A stretch of DNA of 64,000 nt from an uncultured Chloroflexia bacterium (GCA_963768655.1 CAVYIM010000005.1:64001-128000); one strand, 5' to 3'; counted from the first letter of the stretch, positions 1 through 10,030 are shown. Notes: generated by a model from the sequence alone, not told the origin. Program-made: numbers and translations.

Positions 1-36
1 CGCGCAGTCGAAGACGACCTGAATCTTCGTGGCCAC
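1..36 (-). CDS. VOC/glyoxalase-like protein, N-terminus only (runs off window)
   Basis: AGGAG SD, then GTG at 36; manual translation MATKIQVVFDCA resembles the 'IQVTFDCADP' start of glyoxalase-like proteins; absent from ORF track. Confidence 0.55.
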   Translation of the reverse strand, partial: MATKIQVVFDCA

Positions 37-87
37 CGTTCACTCCTTTCGTCCGCCCAGTCTCAGCGGCGGCGCGGGCAAGATCGG

Positions 88-561
88 TCAGGATTGCCGG
101 CCTGTCGCATTCGGCGGTTCAGCCTCGCGCCGTCGGGCGGACTCTTCGAACCGATTGGCCAGATACGGATCGCGGCCTCGCAGCAGCGCCAGGCCGGACG
201 AGGCCACATAGGCCGGCAGGAACAGCGGCCCGAGGCACTCCCACTGGCGGACGTGCTCCATCTCGTGGGCGATCGTTCGATCGGACAGTCGCTCGCGCGC
301 GAAGACGTACCGGCCGAGCGTCTGGGCATGGACGGGGATCCACTGATGGTCGAGATAGTGGGCGGCCGCCGGATGCTCGATGACGACGGCCGAGGTGCCG
401 CCCAGATGCACCTCCCGGGCGGCGGCCACGCGCGGTATGCCACAGGCACGCATCACCAGGAGCGCCATCGCATCGCCCGGCAGGGCCCGCCAGGCCGAGC
501 GTGCCCCACCGATCAGGCCGAGCCAGGCGTCGATGAACCGGGCCGCCCAGTGGAAGGTCAC
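88..561 (-). CDS. Hypothetical protein with HExxH zinc-metallopeptidase-like motif
   Basis: 157 aa; IAHEMEHVRQW and YLANRFE; starts 4 nt after the amidohydrolase stop. Confidence 0.65.
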   Translation of the reverse strand: MTFHWAARFIDAWLGLIGGARSAWRALPGDAMALLVMRACGIPRVAAAREVHLGGTSAVVIEHPAAAHYLDHQWIPVHAQTLGRYVFARERLSDRTIAHEMEHVRQWECLGPLFLPAYVASSGLALLRGRDPYLANRFEESARRREAEPPNATGRQS

Positions 562-565
562 GCCA

Positions 566-1816
566 TCACGCCCCGCGGCGATCGGCCACGACCCGGCCGC
601 TCTGCATCACGAAGACGATCCGGGCCGGGTCGCGCCACAGCTCCGGCTCGGCAATAGGGTCGCCCGAGACGGCGATCAGGTCCGCCCGCTTGCCCGCCTC
701 CAGCGTGCCGACCCGGTCGCCCAGGCCGAGGAGCTTCGCCGCCTCGCTCGTGGCCGCCTGGATCGCCCGGAATGGCCCGAGTCCGAATTGCGACATGTAC
801 GCCAGCTCCGCCGGCGGGTACATGCTCGCGAAGCTGTCCGTGCCCATGACGACCCGCACGCCTCTCTCGACGGCATGGCGGAAGTTGCGCTGCTGGTGTT
901 CGAATAGGTAGCGCATCTTCTCGACCGCCCAGGGTGGAACCTCGCCGCGAGCGATGCGGTCCTCGTCCATCAGCGCGAAGTTGATGTTGAAGGTGGGGAT
1001 GAGCGGCACGTCGCGCTCGAGCATCAGGTCGATCCCCTCGTCGTCGATGAGGTCGCCGTGCTCGATGCTGGTGATGCCGGCGTGCAGAGCGTTCTTGATG
1101 CCGGCCGTCCCTTCGGCGTGCGCAAATGTGCCGTGGATTCCCGCCGCGCGCGCCTCCTCGACTATGACCCGGATTTCGTCGACCGTGAACTGAGACGCGT
1201 CGGGTGTGTCGGCGGCTGACAGGACGCCGCCACTGGCCATGACCTTGATCCAATCGGCGCCGGCGCGGATCTGGAGCCGGGCGGCTCGCCGTACGGCATC
1301 GACACCGTCGGCCACTCCGGCCGGAAGGTCGCTCATCTCCGTGTCGACGATCGAGCCCGAAGGCGTCCAGGCGTCGCCATGCCCGCCGGTCTGGGAGAGT
1401 GGCCGACAGCTGACCTGCGTCCGCGGCCCGGGGAACGCGCCCGAGGCGAAGGCCCGCTTGATTCCGGCGGGGGCGTAGCCGGCATCGCGGACCGTCGTGA
1501 CGCCACCCTCAAGGAACTCGCGCCCGACCTGGAGGCAGCGCACGACTATGTCCGTCGCGGAACGCTGGACCTGGTCGTGGACCGGCTCGAGGCGCAGCGC
1601 CAGGTGGACGTGGCAGTCGATGATGCCGGGCAGCACGGTCAAGCCGGTGAGGTCGATGCGCTGCGCGTCCTGCGGCGCGGTCGCGGCGGCGGGACCGGCG
1701 GCCGCGATGCGGCCCTCATCGTCGGTGACGAGAACGCCCTGACGCACGGCCTCCGGCGATCGCCCATCCAACAGTCGCGCCCCGAGGAGGACGACGGGGC
1801 GAATCGGCACGGGCAT
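566..1816 (-). CDS. Metal-dependent amidohydrolase (Xaa-Pro dipeptidase-like subgroup)
   Basis: PGIIDCHVH, DWIK, AHAEG, IEHG, MGTD, GKRADL motifs; GGAGG SD. Confidence 0.9.
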   Translation of the reverse strand: MPVPIRPVVLLGARLLDGRSPEAVRQGVLVTDDEGRIAAAGPAAATAPQDAQRIDLTGLTVLPGIIDCHVHLALRLEPVHDQVQRSATDIVVRCLQVGREFLEGGVTTVRDAGYAPAGIKRAFASGAFPGPRTQVSCRPLSQTGGHGDAWTPSGSIVDTEMSDLPAGVADGVDAVRRAARLQIRAGADWIKVMASGGVLSAADTPDASQFTVDEIRVIVEEARAAGIHGTFAHAEGTAGIKNALHAGITSIEHGDLIDDEGIDLMLERDVPLIPTFNINFALMDEDRIARGEVPPWAVEKMRYLFEHQQRNFRHAVERGVRVVMGTDSFASMYPPAELAYMSQFGLGPFRAIQAATSEAAKLLGLGDRVGTLEAGKRADLIAVSGDPIAEPELWRDPARIVFVMQSGRVVADRRGA

Positions 1817-1888
1817 CGGTGAAAACCTCCGGGGCAGCGGGTGGACGAACGCTATAGATCCTACTCAGCCCGGGTCGCGGGAGGTTCG

Positions 1889-2158
1889 CTACCCGCCGAG
1901 CGTCTTGGCTCCCTTGACCCGGGCATCCGGCGGCACCGTGGTGCTGGGCTGCGGCAACAGCCCGAACCGGATCGCGTGACGCGGCCAATCAGGGTCGCCC
2001 ATGGCCCATGCCTGCACGGCCTCGCCCTGGCTATCGAGCTGGCCGATCGAACCGTCAGTATGAAGGACGAGCTTGCCGCCCTCAGCAAGCTCGACCTCAC
2101 GCCTCTTGAACCGGCGACCCTGCGACCTCGGTCGCGCGCGCTGGCTCCCAGCGGCCAC
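1889..2158 (-). CDS. Hypothetical protein (89 aa)
   Basis: Protein-like composition; GTG directly follows the TAA of the upstream small ORF. Confidence 0.55.
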   Translation of the reverse strand: MAAGSQRARPRSQGRRFKRREVELAEGGKLVLHTDGSIGQLDSQGEAVQAWAMGDPDWPRHAIRFGLLPQPSTTVPPDARVKGAKTLGG

Positions 2159-2239
2159 TTACGCGCCCTTGTTCGGCGGCTGCGGAGTCGGCTTCGGCTT
2201 CTTGGTCTTCGGCGGTCGCTTCGGTGTCTTGTCGCCCAT
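2159..2239 (-). CDS. 26-aa Lys/Pro-rich small protein MGDKTPKRPPKTKKPKPTPQPPNKGA
   Basis: GGAGG at 2247-2251, 7 nt before ATG; TAA abuts the next gene's GTG; below ORF-track cutoff. Confidence 0.55.
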   Translation of the reverse strand: MGDKTPKRPPKTKKPKPTPQPPNKGA

Positions 2240-2332
2240 GATCGTGCCTCCGTATGGGTGTTCTGGATGCTTGATCGCCCTTCGATGGGACCGATGGCAC
2301 GCGGGCATCGTATCTCAGCCGCGGCCTCTCGA

Positions 2333-2767
2333 CTATCGCCCCGCGTCAAGGCGCGACGGTACCAGCACTGCGAGCGTCGCGGAGTGGCGACCGACGGACT
2401 GATCGTAGTTGTTGCCCCAGTCAACTTTGAGCCGCAGGACCGACGGCTTCTCATCAGGCACGGGTCCGGCGACCACCGTCCATTCGAGCGTGGCGTCGCG
2501 GCCGAGCAGCGGCGTCCGGGCCAGCGCTTCGCCGGTCGGCCTGTCGAGCCATCGAACGGAGACGTCGAACGCGGGCCCCAGGCCGAGGTTGGAGATTGCG
2601 AACTCCACGCCATTGGGGGTGACGTGCGTGTCGGCGACCAGGCGCGGCTCGACGCGGTCCAATGCATGTCCGACTGCCGTGCGAACGGCCGTGTAGATGA
2701 TCAGCCAGCAAACGATCAGCGCAATCAGCAGCCAGATGACCCATGTCGAGTCATTGCCTACGTACAT
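2333..2767 (-). CDS. Hypothetical membrane-anchored protein
   Basis: N-terminal hydrophobic helix, then beta-rich domain with NLGLGPAFDV. Confidence 0.65.
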   Translation of the reverse strand: MYVGNDSTWVIWLLIALIVCWLIIYTAVRTAVGHALDRVEPRLVADTHVTPNGVEFAISNLGLGPAFDVSVRWLDRPTGEALARTPLLGRDATLEWTVVAGPVPDEKPSVLRLKVDWGNNYDQSVGRHSATLAVLVPSRLDAGR

Positions 2768-2800
2768 CTCGAACCCCCTGTCACTATTGGCGCCGGCGGC

Positions 2801-3622
2801 CTAAGGCGGAGAAGTTCCCCTCAAACGCGCCAGCAGATCGTCGTGGATCAGGCCGTTCGTCGCAACCGCGGACGGCCCGTCGATGCGCCGCTCGCCCACC
2901 GCGGTCGTGAAACGGCCGCCGGCCTCCTCGACGATCACCGACGGCGCGGCCCAATCCCATGTGTGCGCCCCCACCTCGATCATCGCCTCCGCGGCTCCCT
3001 CGGCCACAAGCATGTAACCCCAGAAATCGCCGAAGCCGCGGTCCCGCCAGGCTGCGGCGAGCGTCGCCCCGAGCCCGGGCAGCTGCCCGTCGCGGAGTCG
3101 CTCGCTGCCGTAGATGAGATGCGCGTCCTCGATCCGCGAGACGGCGCTGACGACCAACCGCTCGTCGCCGCGCCACGCTCCCCCACCCCGCCAGGCCAGC
3201 CACCGCTCGCGCATCGCCGGGGCGCTGACCACGCCCAGCTTCAGCTCGCCATCGAGCGCGACCGCCAGCAACGTGGCGAATATGGGAATGCCACGCACGA
3301 AGTTGGCCGTGGCGTCGATCGGGTCGATGTACCAGCACACGGATGCCCCGGCCGCGTCCGGTCCTTCTTCCTCGCCGACGAGCCCGCAGCCCGGGCAGGC
3401 GGCGCGAAGTCGCTCGCGGGCCAGCCGTTCGATCGAGCGGTCGGCCTCGGTCACGAAGCTGCGGTCGGCCTTGGTGTCGACCTTGATGCCGCGCCGGAAC
3501 CCGGCCATGGCGATCCGGTCGGCCTCGTCGCAGATCTCGAGGGCGATCTCGCGCCAGCGGGTCAGCTCAAGCTCCGAATTGCGTGGGGCCGGCGGGGAGT
3601 TGTCGGTGGTGGAGCTCGTCAC
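2801..3622 (-). CDS. hisN: Inositol monophosphatase family, HisN-like histidinol-phosphatase
   Basis: GEE, WYIDPIDAT, GDFWGYMLVAEG, WDWAA motifs. Confidence 0.75.
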   Translation of the reverse strand: MTSSTTDNSPPAPRNSELELTRWREIALEICDEADRIAMAGFRRGIKVDTKADRSFVTEADRSIERLARERLRAACPGCGLVGEEEGPDAAGASVCWYIDPIDATANFVRGIPIFATLLAVALDGELKLGVVSAPAMRERWLAWRGGGAWRGDERLVVSAVSRIEDAHLIYGSERLRDGQLPGLGATLAAAWRDRGFGDFWGYMLVAEGAAEAMIEVGAHTWDWAAPSVIVEEAGGRFTTAVGERRIDGPSAVATNGLIHDDLLARLRGTSPP

Positions 3623-3667
3623 GAGCTAAATCGTAGCCGCCACGCTGGGAGTGCGTACTCTCCGCGT

Positions 3668-3900
3668 CGACGGGGCGATCCGCCGTCCTAGCCGTGCGGC
3701 GGGGCGGAATAGCGACTCGGGCCTTGTCTTCTAGCCTGACTTGCCTGGGGTGAGAGTCAGCCATCCTGCTGCGACCCTTCGGCGGGCCGTACGGCGGCGT
3801 GGATCCGTCAGAGCTCAGGAGCCACGCTCGGGCGCAGGGCTGGAAAGGCGACCGACGGCCGGTCCCGGGCCGCCGGCGCGATCGCCACACACCAGTCGCG
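3668..3900 (+). ncRNA. Candidate structured non-coding RNA (long irregular hairpin)
   Basis: Nested pairings 3712-3717/3894-3899, 3725-3736/3838-3850, 3742-3752/3823-3834, 3764-3768/3816-3820 with several G-U pairs on + strand; TACTCT -10-like at 3656-3661. Confidence 0.4.
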
Positions 3901-3944
3901 CTCTTGTCTGCTGTAACTCCCACCCGGGGCAAGTTTGACCAGAT

Positions 3945-3989
3945 GCCGGGCGTCACGGCGCGGGCCGGGCGTCACGGCGCGGGCCGGGC
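3945..3989. repeat. 19-bp tandem repeat, ~2.4 copies (GCCGGGCGTCACGGCGCGG)
   Basis: Read directly from sequence. Confidence 0.85.
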
Positions 3990-4136
3990 TGCGACATCGG
4001 GCGCCGCCGCCATGTTGGCCCGAGGCGGCCATCCGCCCCCAGACGCACTGGCACAGAGAACTAGTTGCGCAACGGACGACTTCGATTCTCCGGCGGCCAC
4101 ACGCACCCACCCGTTCTCGGGCCGTGCCGCCTCTGT

Positions 4137-4709
4137 ATGGTTGTGAGCGATGCAATCCGTGGTGCGGTCCTGGGCGTGACGAAGGCCGGGCCGCGGCCGG
4201 GTGGCGCCGTCGCGGCCGGGGCCTCGTCGAGACTCGACGCGGCGGCCGAGCTGTGGGCGGCGCTGGAACGCCACACGCCGATCCTTCTGGCCGCCGCCCG
4301 GGCGCTCCTCCGCGACGAGGCCGATGCCCGAGACCTCGTCCAGACCACGCTCGAGATCGCCATGCGCAGGTCCTCCGATCTCCGCGACCCCATGGCCCTT
4401 CGGTCGTGGCTCCTTACCATCCAGATCCGAGAGGCGTTCCGCATCCGCCGGCGGCTGGCGCGGCTCGTCCACTTCGATCCGGCGATCGTCGACCTTGGCG
4501 CGGTTCCCGGGCCCGAACCGGACGTCATCGCGCTTCGAACGGCACTTCGGAGACTGCCCCCGCGAGCACGTGCCGCGGTGGCGCTCCACTACCTCGCCGG
4601 CCTGCCCGTTACCGAAGTGGCCCGAGTGATGGCGATCAGCGAGAACACGGCGAAAGGACACCTGAAGGCGGGCCTGACCCGCCTCCGGGAGGAGCTTCGA
4701 GATGAATAG
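4137..4709 (+). CDS. ECF (sigma-70 family) sigma factor; start uncertain
   Basis: Region 2 DARDLVQ...LRSWL; region 4 LRRLPPRARAAVALHY...EVARVMAISENTAKGHL. Confidence 0.88.
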   Translation: MVVSDAIRGAVLGVTKAGPRPGGAVAAGASSRLDAAAELWAALERHTPILLAAARALLRDEADARDLVQTTLEIAMRRSSDLRDPMALRSWLLTIQIREAFRIRRRLARLVHFDPAIVDLGAVPGPEPDVIALRTALRRLPPRARAAVALHYLAGLPVTEVARVMAISENTAKGHLKAGLTRLREELRDE

Positions 4710-5913
4710 CAACGACGATCGGATCGAGGCGCGCGTTCGAGCCGCCTTCGCCGCCGAGCTCCGCCGGGCCGAGTCGGATCTCGAGCTGAGCCCGATCGGG
4801 CTCGGCCAGCGGTCGAAGGACCGGCCGCCCGCCGGCGGCCGGGGGCGTAAACGGCGCGGGAGCGTGTTGCGCGCCGGGGCGCTGACCGCCACGGCCGCGC
4901 TGATCGCCTGCGTGCTGGTGGGTGCGGGCCTCTATGTCGCCGGGCCGCGGAACGAGGCCATCTCGCAGAAGCAATCGCCCAGCGCGGGCCCATCCGAGAT
5001 CGCATCACCGACCGCTGCCACTCCTTCTGCCACGTCCTCGATCCCTCGCTACGGCGACGGCATCCCGAAGGTCTGGCAGGGTCAGCCGGTCTTGCGTTGG
5101 GCAGACGCCCTGGCCATGCGCACCACGGCGCGGGACGACACGCCCTTCCTTGTCGGCGTCTGGCTGAACATCCCGACCGGGGCGTTCTCCTGCCCCATGG
5201 ACCCGGGCCCGGATCCGAGCGCGCCGAACTCATGGATCTCGAGGGGAGGCTGCCAGTTCAGCTACGTCAGCGCCGACGCGGGCGGCCAGCCCTCAACTCA
5301 GAACGGCGTGGCCACCTTCCGCTTCTACAAAGGGATGCTGGCGACGGGACCGGCGATCATGCGCGTCCACCTCCACGACCCCCGGGCGACCCAGTGCGGC
5401 TACCAGGAACCTATCTGCGACGACATGATCGTCGTGGATGACATCCTCTGGACGGGCGACGCCGCCACTGCGCCCCATCCATTGAGCGTCGCTGACGTCA
5501 TCGCGGGCACCCGGGCGGCCAGCCCGACCAGTGGCCTTCTCGGCCCGTCTCCGGCCGTGTGGGGCTGCGGTGCCGACGTCGTGGATGGCCTCCTTCTGTG
5601 CCCGCCGCTCGAGACTGGGGTGCCTTACAGCTCCCCGATCGTCGGCGCCGCGGTCTTGCCGTCGTCCGACGCAGTAGCCCGGGCCTTGCCGGGCGCCCAA
5701 GCTGGTGTCCAGGGAGCGCTCGATCCATCGGCAGTCGAACGCTCCGAGGGAGGATCATTCGGAAGCTGGGATTACAGGCGGCTGGTCGTCGACAACGTCG
5801 TCCTGGTCGTGCGAACTCAGCCCGGCACGCCCTCCGCTTCGGACCAAGAGTTCCTGACGAGGCTCATGGAGGCGCTCAAGGCTCAGGAAACGGGTGCCGC
5901 CCCCACGAATTGA
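4702..5913 (+). CDS. Putative anti-sigma factor, single TM with Cys-containing extracellular domain
   Basis: Overlaps sigma stop; short N-terminal domain, one TM, Ser/Pro/Thr linker. Confidence 0.6.
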   Translation: MNSNDDRIEARVRAAFAAELRRAESDLELSPIGLGQRSKDRPPAGGRGRKRRGSVLRAGALTATAALIACVLVGAGLYVAGPRNEAISQKQSPSAGPSEIASPTAATPSATSSIPRYGDGIPKVWQGQPVLRWADALAMRTTARDDTPFLVGVWLNIPTGAFSCPMDPGPDPSAPNSWISRGGCQFSYVSADAGGQPSTQNGVATFRFYKGMLATGPAIMRVHLHDPRATQCGYQEPICDDMIVVDDILWTGDAATAPHPLSVADVIAGTRAASPTSGLLGPSPAVWGCGADVVDGLLLCPPLETGVPYSSPIVGAAVLPSSDAVARALPGAQAGVQGALDPSAVERSEGGSFGSWDYRRLVVDNVVLVVRTQPGTPSASDQEFLTRLMEALKAQETGAAPTN

Positions 5914-5932
5914 TCGGCGCCGGGCGAGTCAA

Positions 5933-5958
5933 GAAGGGCGCCCGCGCGGGCGCCCTTC
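5933..5958. terminator. Perfect 12-bp hairpin between convergent genes
   Basis: GAAGGGCGCCCG-CG-CGGGCGCCCTTC. Confidence 0.7.
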
Positions 5959-5982
5959 GAGCGATTCGGGAAGCGAGCGAGG

Positions 5983-7380
5983 CTACCGGGCGGCCTTCAG
6001 GCCTTCCGGCACCGGCTTGTGGAACTCGACCGGCTTGACGTACTTCTCGACCAGGGCCCGGCTCCCGGGGGTGCCGAGCTGCTTGAAGAGGAAGTCGACC
6101 TTGGCAGCCTGCGAGGCGAGGATGGCGTCCTTCGTGGGCAGGTCCCAGAGCTGGCGCTTGAACGGGCCGATCGCCTTCTTGCGAGCCGTGTAGACGAACT
6201 GAGTGTCCGTCTGATCGGGCTTGCGCTCGTCCTGGCAATTGGCGAAGACCCACGCCTCGATTGCCTTGTGCATCTCGGCCGGGAAGGCCGGGTGCTCGAA
6301 CAGGGCGTTCTGGAAGCCGGTGGCGAGGTGGATCTCGGCACAGCCGGTGGCCGGGAACTTGTGGAACATGTCGTCCGGCAGAGTGCTCGCGCCGTGCTGG
6401 ACTGCCCCCGACAGCCCGTACGAGCGGGCAACGGCCGAAAGCTCGGTCAGGACGCCAAAGTCGAGCGCGACTTCGGCCACGCCGCCGTCTGCCAGCGGAG
6501 TACCGCCGTGGCTGGTGCCGGTCTGGACGGAAACCTTCGAGAGGCCGATGGCGCCCTTCGCCCGTTTGTCCAGCTCGCGCCGGTAGCCGTCGAGGTACGC
6601 CTTCAGCTCGTCCGTTGTGGAGTTCTTCTTGCCGACCTCGCCGATCTCGCCGCCGGTGCTTACGGTCACGCCGTCGGTCTCGAGCGAGCGGATGAGGGCG
6701 GTCAACTCGGCCGCGCGCACGTAGTTCTCATGCTGCTGCTCGTCCAAAGTGGCGAACGACAAATCCACGAGAGTCGAGCTGTCGATGTCGATGTTCCGGT
6801 AGCCGGCGGCGATGGCGTCGCGGCAGGCCTTGCGGATCTCGTCGGTCACCTTCTCGGCGTCGGCCGCGTACTTCTTGGCGTTGAACTGGTAGTGGTCGCC
6901 CTGGACGAAGACGGGGCCCTTCCAGCCCGCGGCGATGGCGCCGGCGAGAACGCTCGTGGCGTACTCGAAGACGCGCTGGAAGGTGTAGGTCTGCTCCGAG
7001 CGGGCCAGCTCGAAGATGACGGCGGCGGAGTCGTTCTTCTGGGCCGTCTCCAGGATGACGCGGGCCATGTCGAAGGTCTGAGCCCGCAGATTGATGGCCG
7101 GAACGGTCATCCCCTGGTATTCGTTTCGCGAGCGCGCCTTGTACAGCTCCTGGATGCTGGCCGAGCGGGCTCCGGTGGCCTGGCTGGCTTCCCAGACGAT
7201 CCAGCGGGCGGCCTCGACTGTCGCCTCATCCTCGCTGAAAGTGGCAGTCCAGGCCAGATCGTAGATGCCGCGCGTCCGGAGGGCGGCGTCGTCGGCGATG
7301 ACGAGCCTCTCCCCATCGATCCGGACGATGCCGTCGAGGGCGGCAAGGAGCTCCTTGACGGAGCCGGCAACCTTGGGCAT
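5983..7380 (-). CDS. fba: Class II fructose-bisphosphate aldolase family protein (long form)
   Basis: QGDHYQ, GEIGEVG, GTSHGG, QHGAS motifs; AGGAG SD before ATG 7380 (MPKVAG). Confidence 0.8.
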   Translation of the reverse strand: MPKVAGSVKELLAALDGIVRIDGERLVIADDAALRTRGIYDLAWTATFSEDEATVEAARWIVWEASQATGARSASIQELYKARSRNEYQGMTVPAINLRAQTFDMARVILETAQKNDSAAVIFELARSEQTYTFQRVFEYATSVLAGAIAAGWKGPVFVQGDHYQFNAKKYAADAEKVTDEIRKACRDAIAAGYRNIDIDSSTLVDLSFATLDEQQHENYVRAAELTALIRSLETDGVTVSTGGEIGEVGKKNSTTDELKAYLDGYRRELDKRAKGAIGLSKVSVQTGTSHGGTPLADGGVAEVALDFGVLTELSAVARSYGLSGAVQHGASTLPDDMFHKFPATGCAEIHLATGFQNALFEHPAFPAEMHKAIEAWVFANCQDERKPDQTDTQFVYTARKKAIGPFKRQLWDLPTKDAILASQAAKVDFLFKQLGTPGSRALVEKYVKPVEFHKPVPEGLKAAR

Positions 7381-7528
7381 TGCGTTCGTTCTCCTGACGA
7401 TGCCCGGGTTCAGGCGCGTCAGGCGCCCCAAAGCCGGGAACGGGTCCATTGATGGCCCGTGAATGGTACAGCGAGCGTCCGGTGCGTCGCCGTGCCGCAT
7501 GGACCTTCTCCGCCGCCGAGCGGACGGC

Positions 7529-10030
7529 TCAGGCCGGGTCGGTCGGACCGCCGGCGATGGCCTCCACGACGGCTTCGGCGTTCGTCGCGTCCGAGGCGGC
7601 CAGCGACCGATCGATCGCCGACCGAACCCTCGCCAGCAGCTGTTCGGGCACGAACGGCTTCTCGATCAGATCGACGTCACCGGGCATCTCGCCGACTCTG
7701 CCGATCGCGGCCGCTGAGTAGCCCGACGCGAAGAGAACCGCGGATTCCGGGTGCAGCACGCGCGCCACTTCGGCCACCTGCGGCCCCCGCATGTCCGGCA
7801 GGATGACGTCCACCATCAGCAGCGCGATCGGTCCCGGATGCCCGCGCAAGAGGCCGATCGCGCTCTCGCCCCGGTCGGCCAGCAGGACGCGATACCCGCG
7901 CCGGCTCAGCACCTGGAAGCTGACCGCCGCCACCGCGGGATCGTCCTCGACGACGAGGACGGTCTCCCCCAGACCATGCGCCTCCGGCCCGACCGGCTCC
8001 GGCGCCTGGGGCTGTGCGTCGACCACCTCGGGCAGCAGGATCTCGATCGTGGTGCCCTGCCCCGGCCTGGAAACGAGGCTCACCTGGCCACCCGACTGGA
8101 CGACGAAGCCCTTGACCATGGCCAGCCCGAGGCCGGTGCCCGAGCCGACCGGCTTGGTCGTGAAGAAAGGATCGAAGACCTGCGAATGCAACTCCGCCGG
8201 AATGCCGGCCCCGGTGTCGGCGACCGAGATGGCCACCCAGCGGCCGCCCTTGCCACTCGTGGGATCGTCCGAATCGCGCACATCCGTGGAGATCGTCAGC
8301 CGGCCGCCGGCCGGCATGGCGTCGCGGGCGTTCGCCGCCAGGTTCAGGATAACGCGCTCCAGGCCGCCCGGATCGACTCGGACCATGGCGGCGGAGACCC
8401 TCGACTCGATGACGACCGCAACGTCCTCGCCGAGCAGGCGCAGCAGCATGGGCCGCACGGCGGAAACCAGGCCGTTCACGTCGATCGTCTGCGGCTGCAG
8501 CATCGAGCGCCGCGAGTACGCCAGCAGCTCACGCGTGAGGTCCGCCGCCCGCTTGGCGGCGCCCAGGATGGTTTCCGCCGCCTCACGGGAGTCCGGCTCC
8601 TTGGAGGAGCTCAGGATCAGCGACGCGAAGCCCCCGATCGCCGTCAGGCTGTTGTTGAAGTCGTGGGCCACGCCGCCCGCCAGACGGCCGACCGCCTCCA
8701 TCTTCTGGGCTTCACGAAGCTGGTCCTCCATCGCGAGCGCCGCCGTGACGTCCACCGCCTGCATGGCGACGGCCATCGGCCGCCCTTCGCGATCGCGGAG
8801 GGCGCCGCCGTACAGCCTGACGCGGACCGTCCCTCCGTCCCGCTTCGATACCTGCACGAGCTCGCCGTCGAACGAAGCGCCTCTGACCGCCCGCATGAAG
8901 CGCCGTCCGATGGCCCAGCGGTCCTGGCCGTAGAGGACCGCCGGAACGGGCCGGCCGAGCACCTCCGCCTCGCTCCAGCCGAGAAGCTCGACCAGGGCGG
9001 GATTCCACAGCTGGACGGTCCGGTCCAGACCCATGACTGCCGTCGGCAGCGGCGAGCTGACGACGAGAGTGGATAGCAGTTCCGCGCCTCGCCGCAGCTC
9101 GTCCTCCGCGGCGCGACTGGCCGTTATGTCCTCGCCGAGGCTGGCCACGCCGGCCACTTGCCCGTCGGGGTCGTGGCGGGTGACGTGGCTCCACCGGATG
9201 AGCCGCCGCCCACCCGATCTGGTCAGGATGGTGCTCTCGCGGCTCCGGTCCATCGACGCGCGCCCGGCGATCACCTCACGCCAGTGTTCCCGAGCGGCCC
9301 CGCGCCGGTCGGGCGTCGAGAACGTGTCCCACCAGTCCTTGCCCAGGACTTCCTCGCGGGTCCAGCCCGTCAGGCGCAGCCCGAATTTGTTGATCATCGC
9401 CAGCCGGGAATGGGCATCGACATCGACGGCCATCAGATCCACGTCTTCGAGAAGCTCGCGAACGCGCGACTCGGCGGACACGGCAGCCTGCACTGCCCGT
9501 AGCCGACCGGAATCGAGACGCCACAACAGCGCCAGGGCAATCGCGTCGACGATCGCGAAGGCGGGAAGGACGGCGATCCCCGCCGGCGCGCTGAGATCGA
9601 GAGTTCGCAGCGCCGCAATCGAGATTCCGGTCGTGCTCCCGGCCCAGGCCGCGACGTATGGGATCCTCAGTCTGGAGGGCGGAACGAGGCGGGCCGCAAC
9701 CGCGACGCCGATGAGCGGCACGGCGACGACAAACGGCAGGACCAGTAGCTCGCCGGCGCCCAGCAGGGCCGCTTCGACGTCCAGCAGTGCCACTGCCAGG
9801 AGAATGGCCGTCGGCCGCCGACGCAGGCCGACCACGACGGCAACGAACACCAGAACCGGCAGCCAGAAGTACGTGACGGCCTCCAGAGCGGTCTGGTATG
9901 CGGGATCTTCCGAGTAGTAACCCCACAGGCCGGCAGCCAGACTCAAGAAACCGAGCATCACGGTAGCGAGCCACGCCCACCGGCCCAGCCAAGTCTCGAG
10001 CTTTGCTGTCCGCCCCTGTTCTTCGGCCAT
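7529..10030 (-). CDS. Membrane PAS-PAS hybrid histidine kinase/receiver (CckA-like)
   Basis: Several TMs, two PAS domains, H-box GGVAHDFNN, N-box NARDAM, FFTTK, GTGLGL, C-terminal receiver; GGAG SD before ATG 10030. Confidence 0.9.
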   Translation of the reverse strand: MAEEQGRTAKLETWLGRWAWLATVMLGFLSLAAGLWGYYSEDPAYQTALEAVTYFWLPVLVFVAVVVGLRRRPTAILLAVALLDVEAALLGAGELLVLPFVVAVPLIGVAVAARLVPPSRLRIPYVAAWAGSTTGISIAALRTLDLSAPAGIAVLPAFAIVDAIALALLWRLDSGRLRAVQAAVSAESRVRELLEDVDLMAVDVDAHSRLAMINKFGLRLTGWTREEVLGKDWWDTFSTPDRRGAAREHWREVIAGRASMDRSRESTILTRSGGRRLIRWSHVTRHDPDGQVAGVASLGEDITASRAAEDELRRGAELLSTLVVSSPLPTAVMGLDRTVQLWNPALVELLGWSEAEVLGRPVPAVLYGQDRWAIGRRFMRAVRGASFDGELVQVSKRDGGTVRVRLYGGALRDREGRPMAVAMQAVDVTAALAMEDQLREAQKMEAVGRLAGGVAHDFNNSLTAIGGFASLILSSSKEPDSREAAETILGAAKRAADLTRELLAYSRRSMLQPQTIDVNGLVSAVRPMLLRLLGEDVAVVIESRVSAAMVRVDPGGLERVILNLAANARDAMPAGGRLTISTDVRDSDDPTSGKGGRWVAISVADTGAGIPAELHSQVFDPFFTTKPVGSGTGLGLAMVKGFVVQSGGQVSLVSRPGQGTTIEILLPEVVDAQPQAPEPVGPEAHGLGETVLVVEDDPAVAAVSFQVLSRRGYRVLLADRGESAIGLLRGHPGPIALLMVDVILPDMRGPQVAEVARVLHPESAVLFASGYSAAAIGRVGEMPGDVDLIEKPFVPEQLLARVRSAIDRSLAASDATNAEAVVEAIAGGPTDPA

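Noticed and set aside
1841-3691. 616-aa + strand ORF
   Set aside because: Spans four better-supported minus-strand genes; Arg-rich with no recognisable domain.
3720-3790. Glycine riboswitch (GCCGAAGG...ACTCTCA on minus strand)
   Set aside because: No properly placed GGAGA 5' element or tandem aptamer; neighbouring genes are unrelated to glycine.
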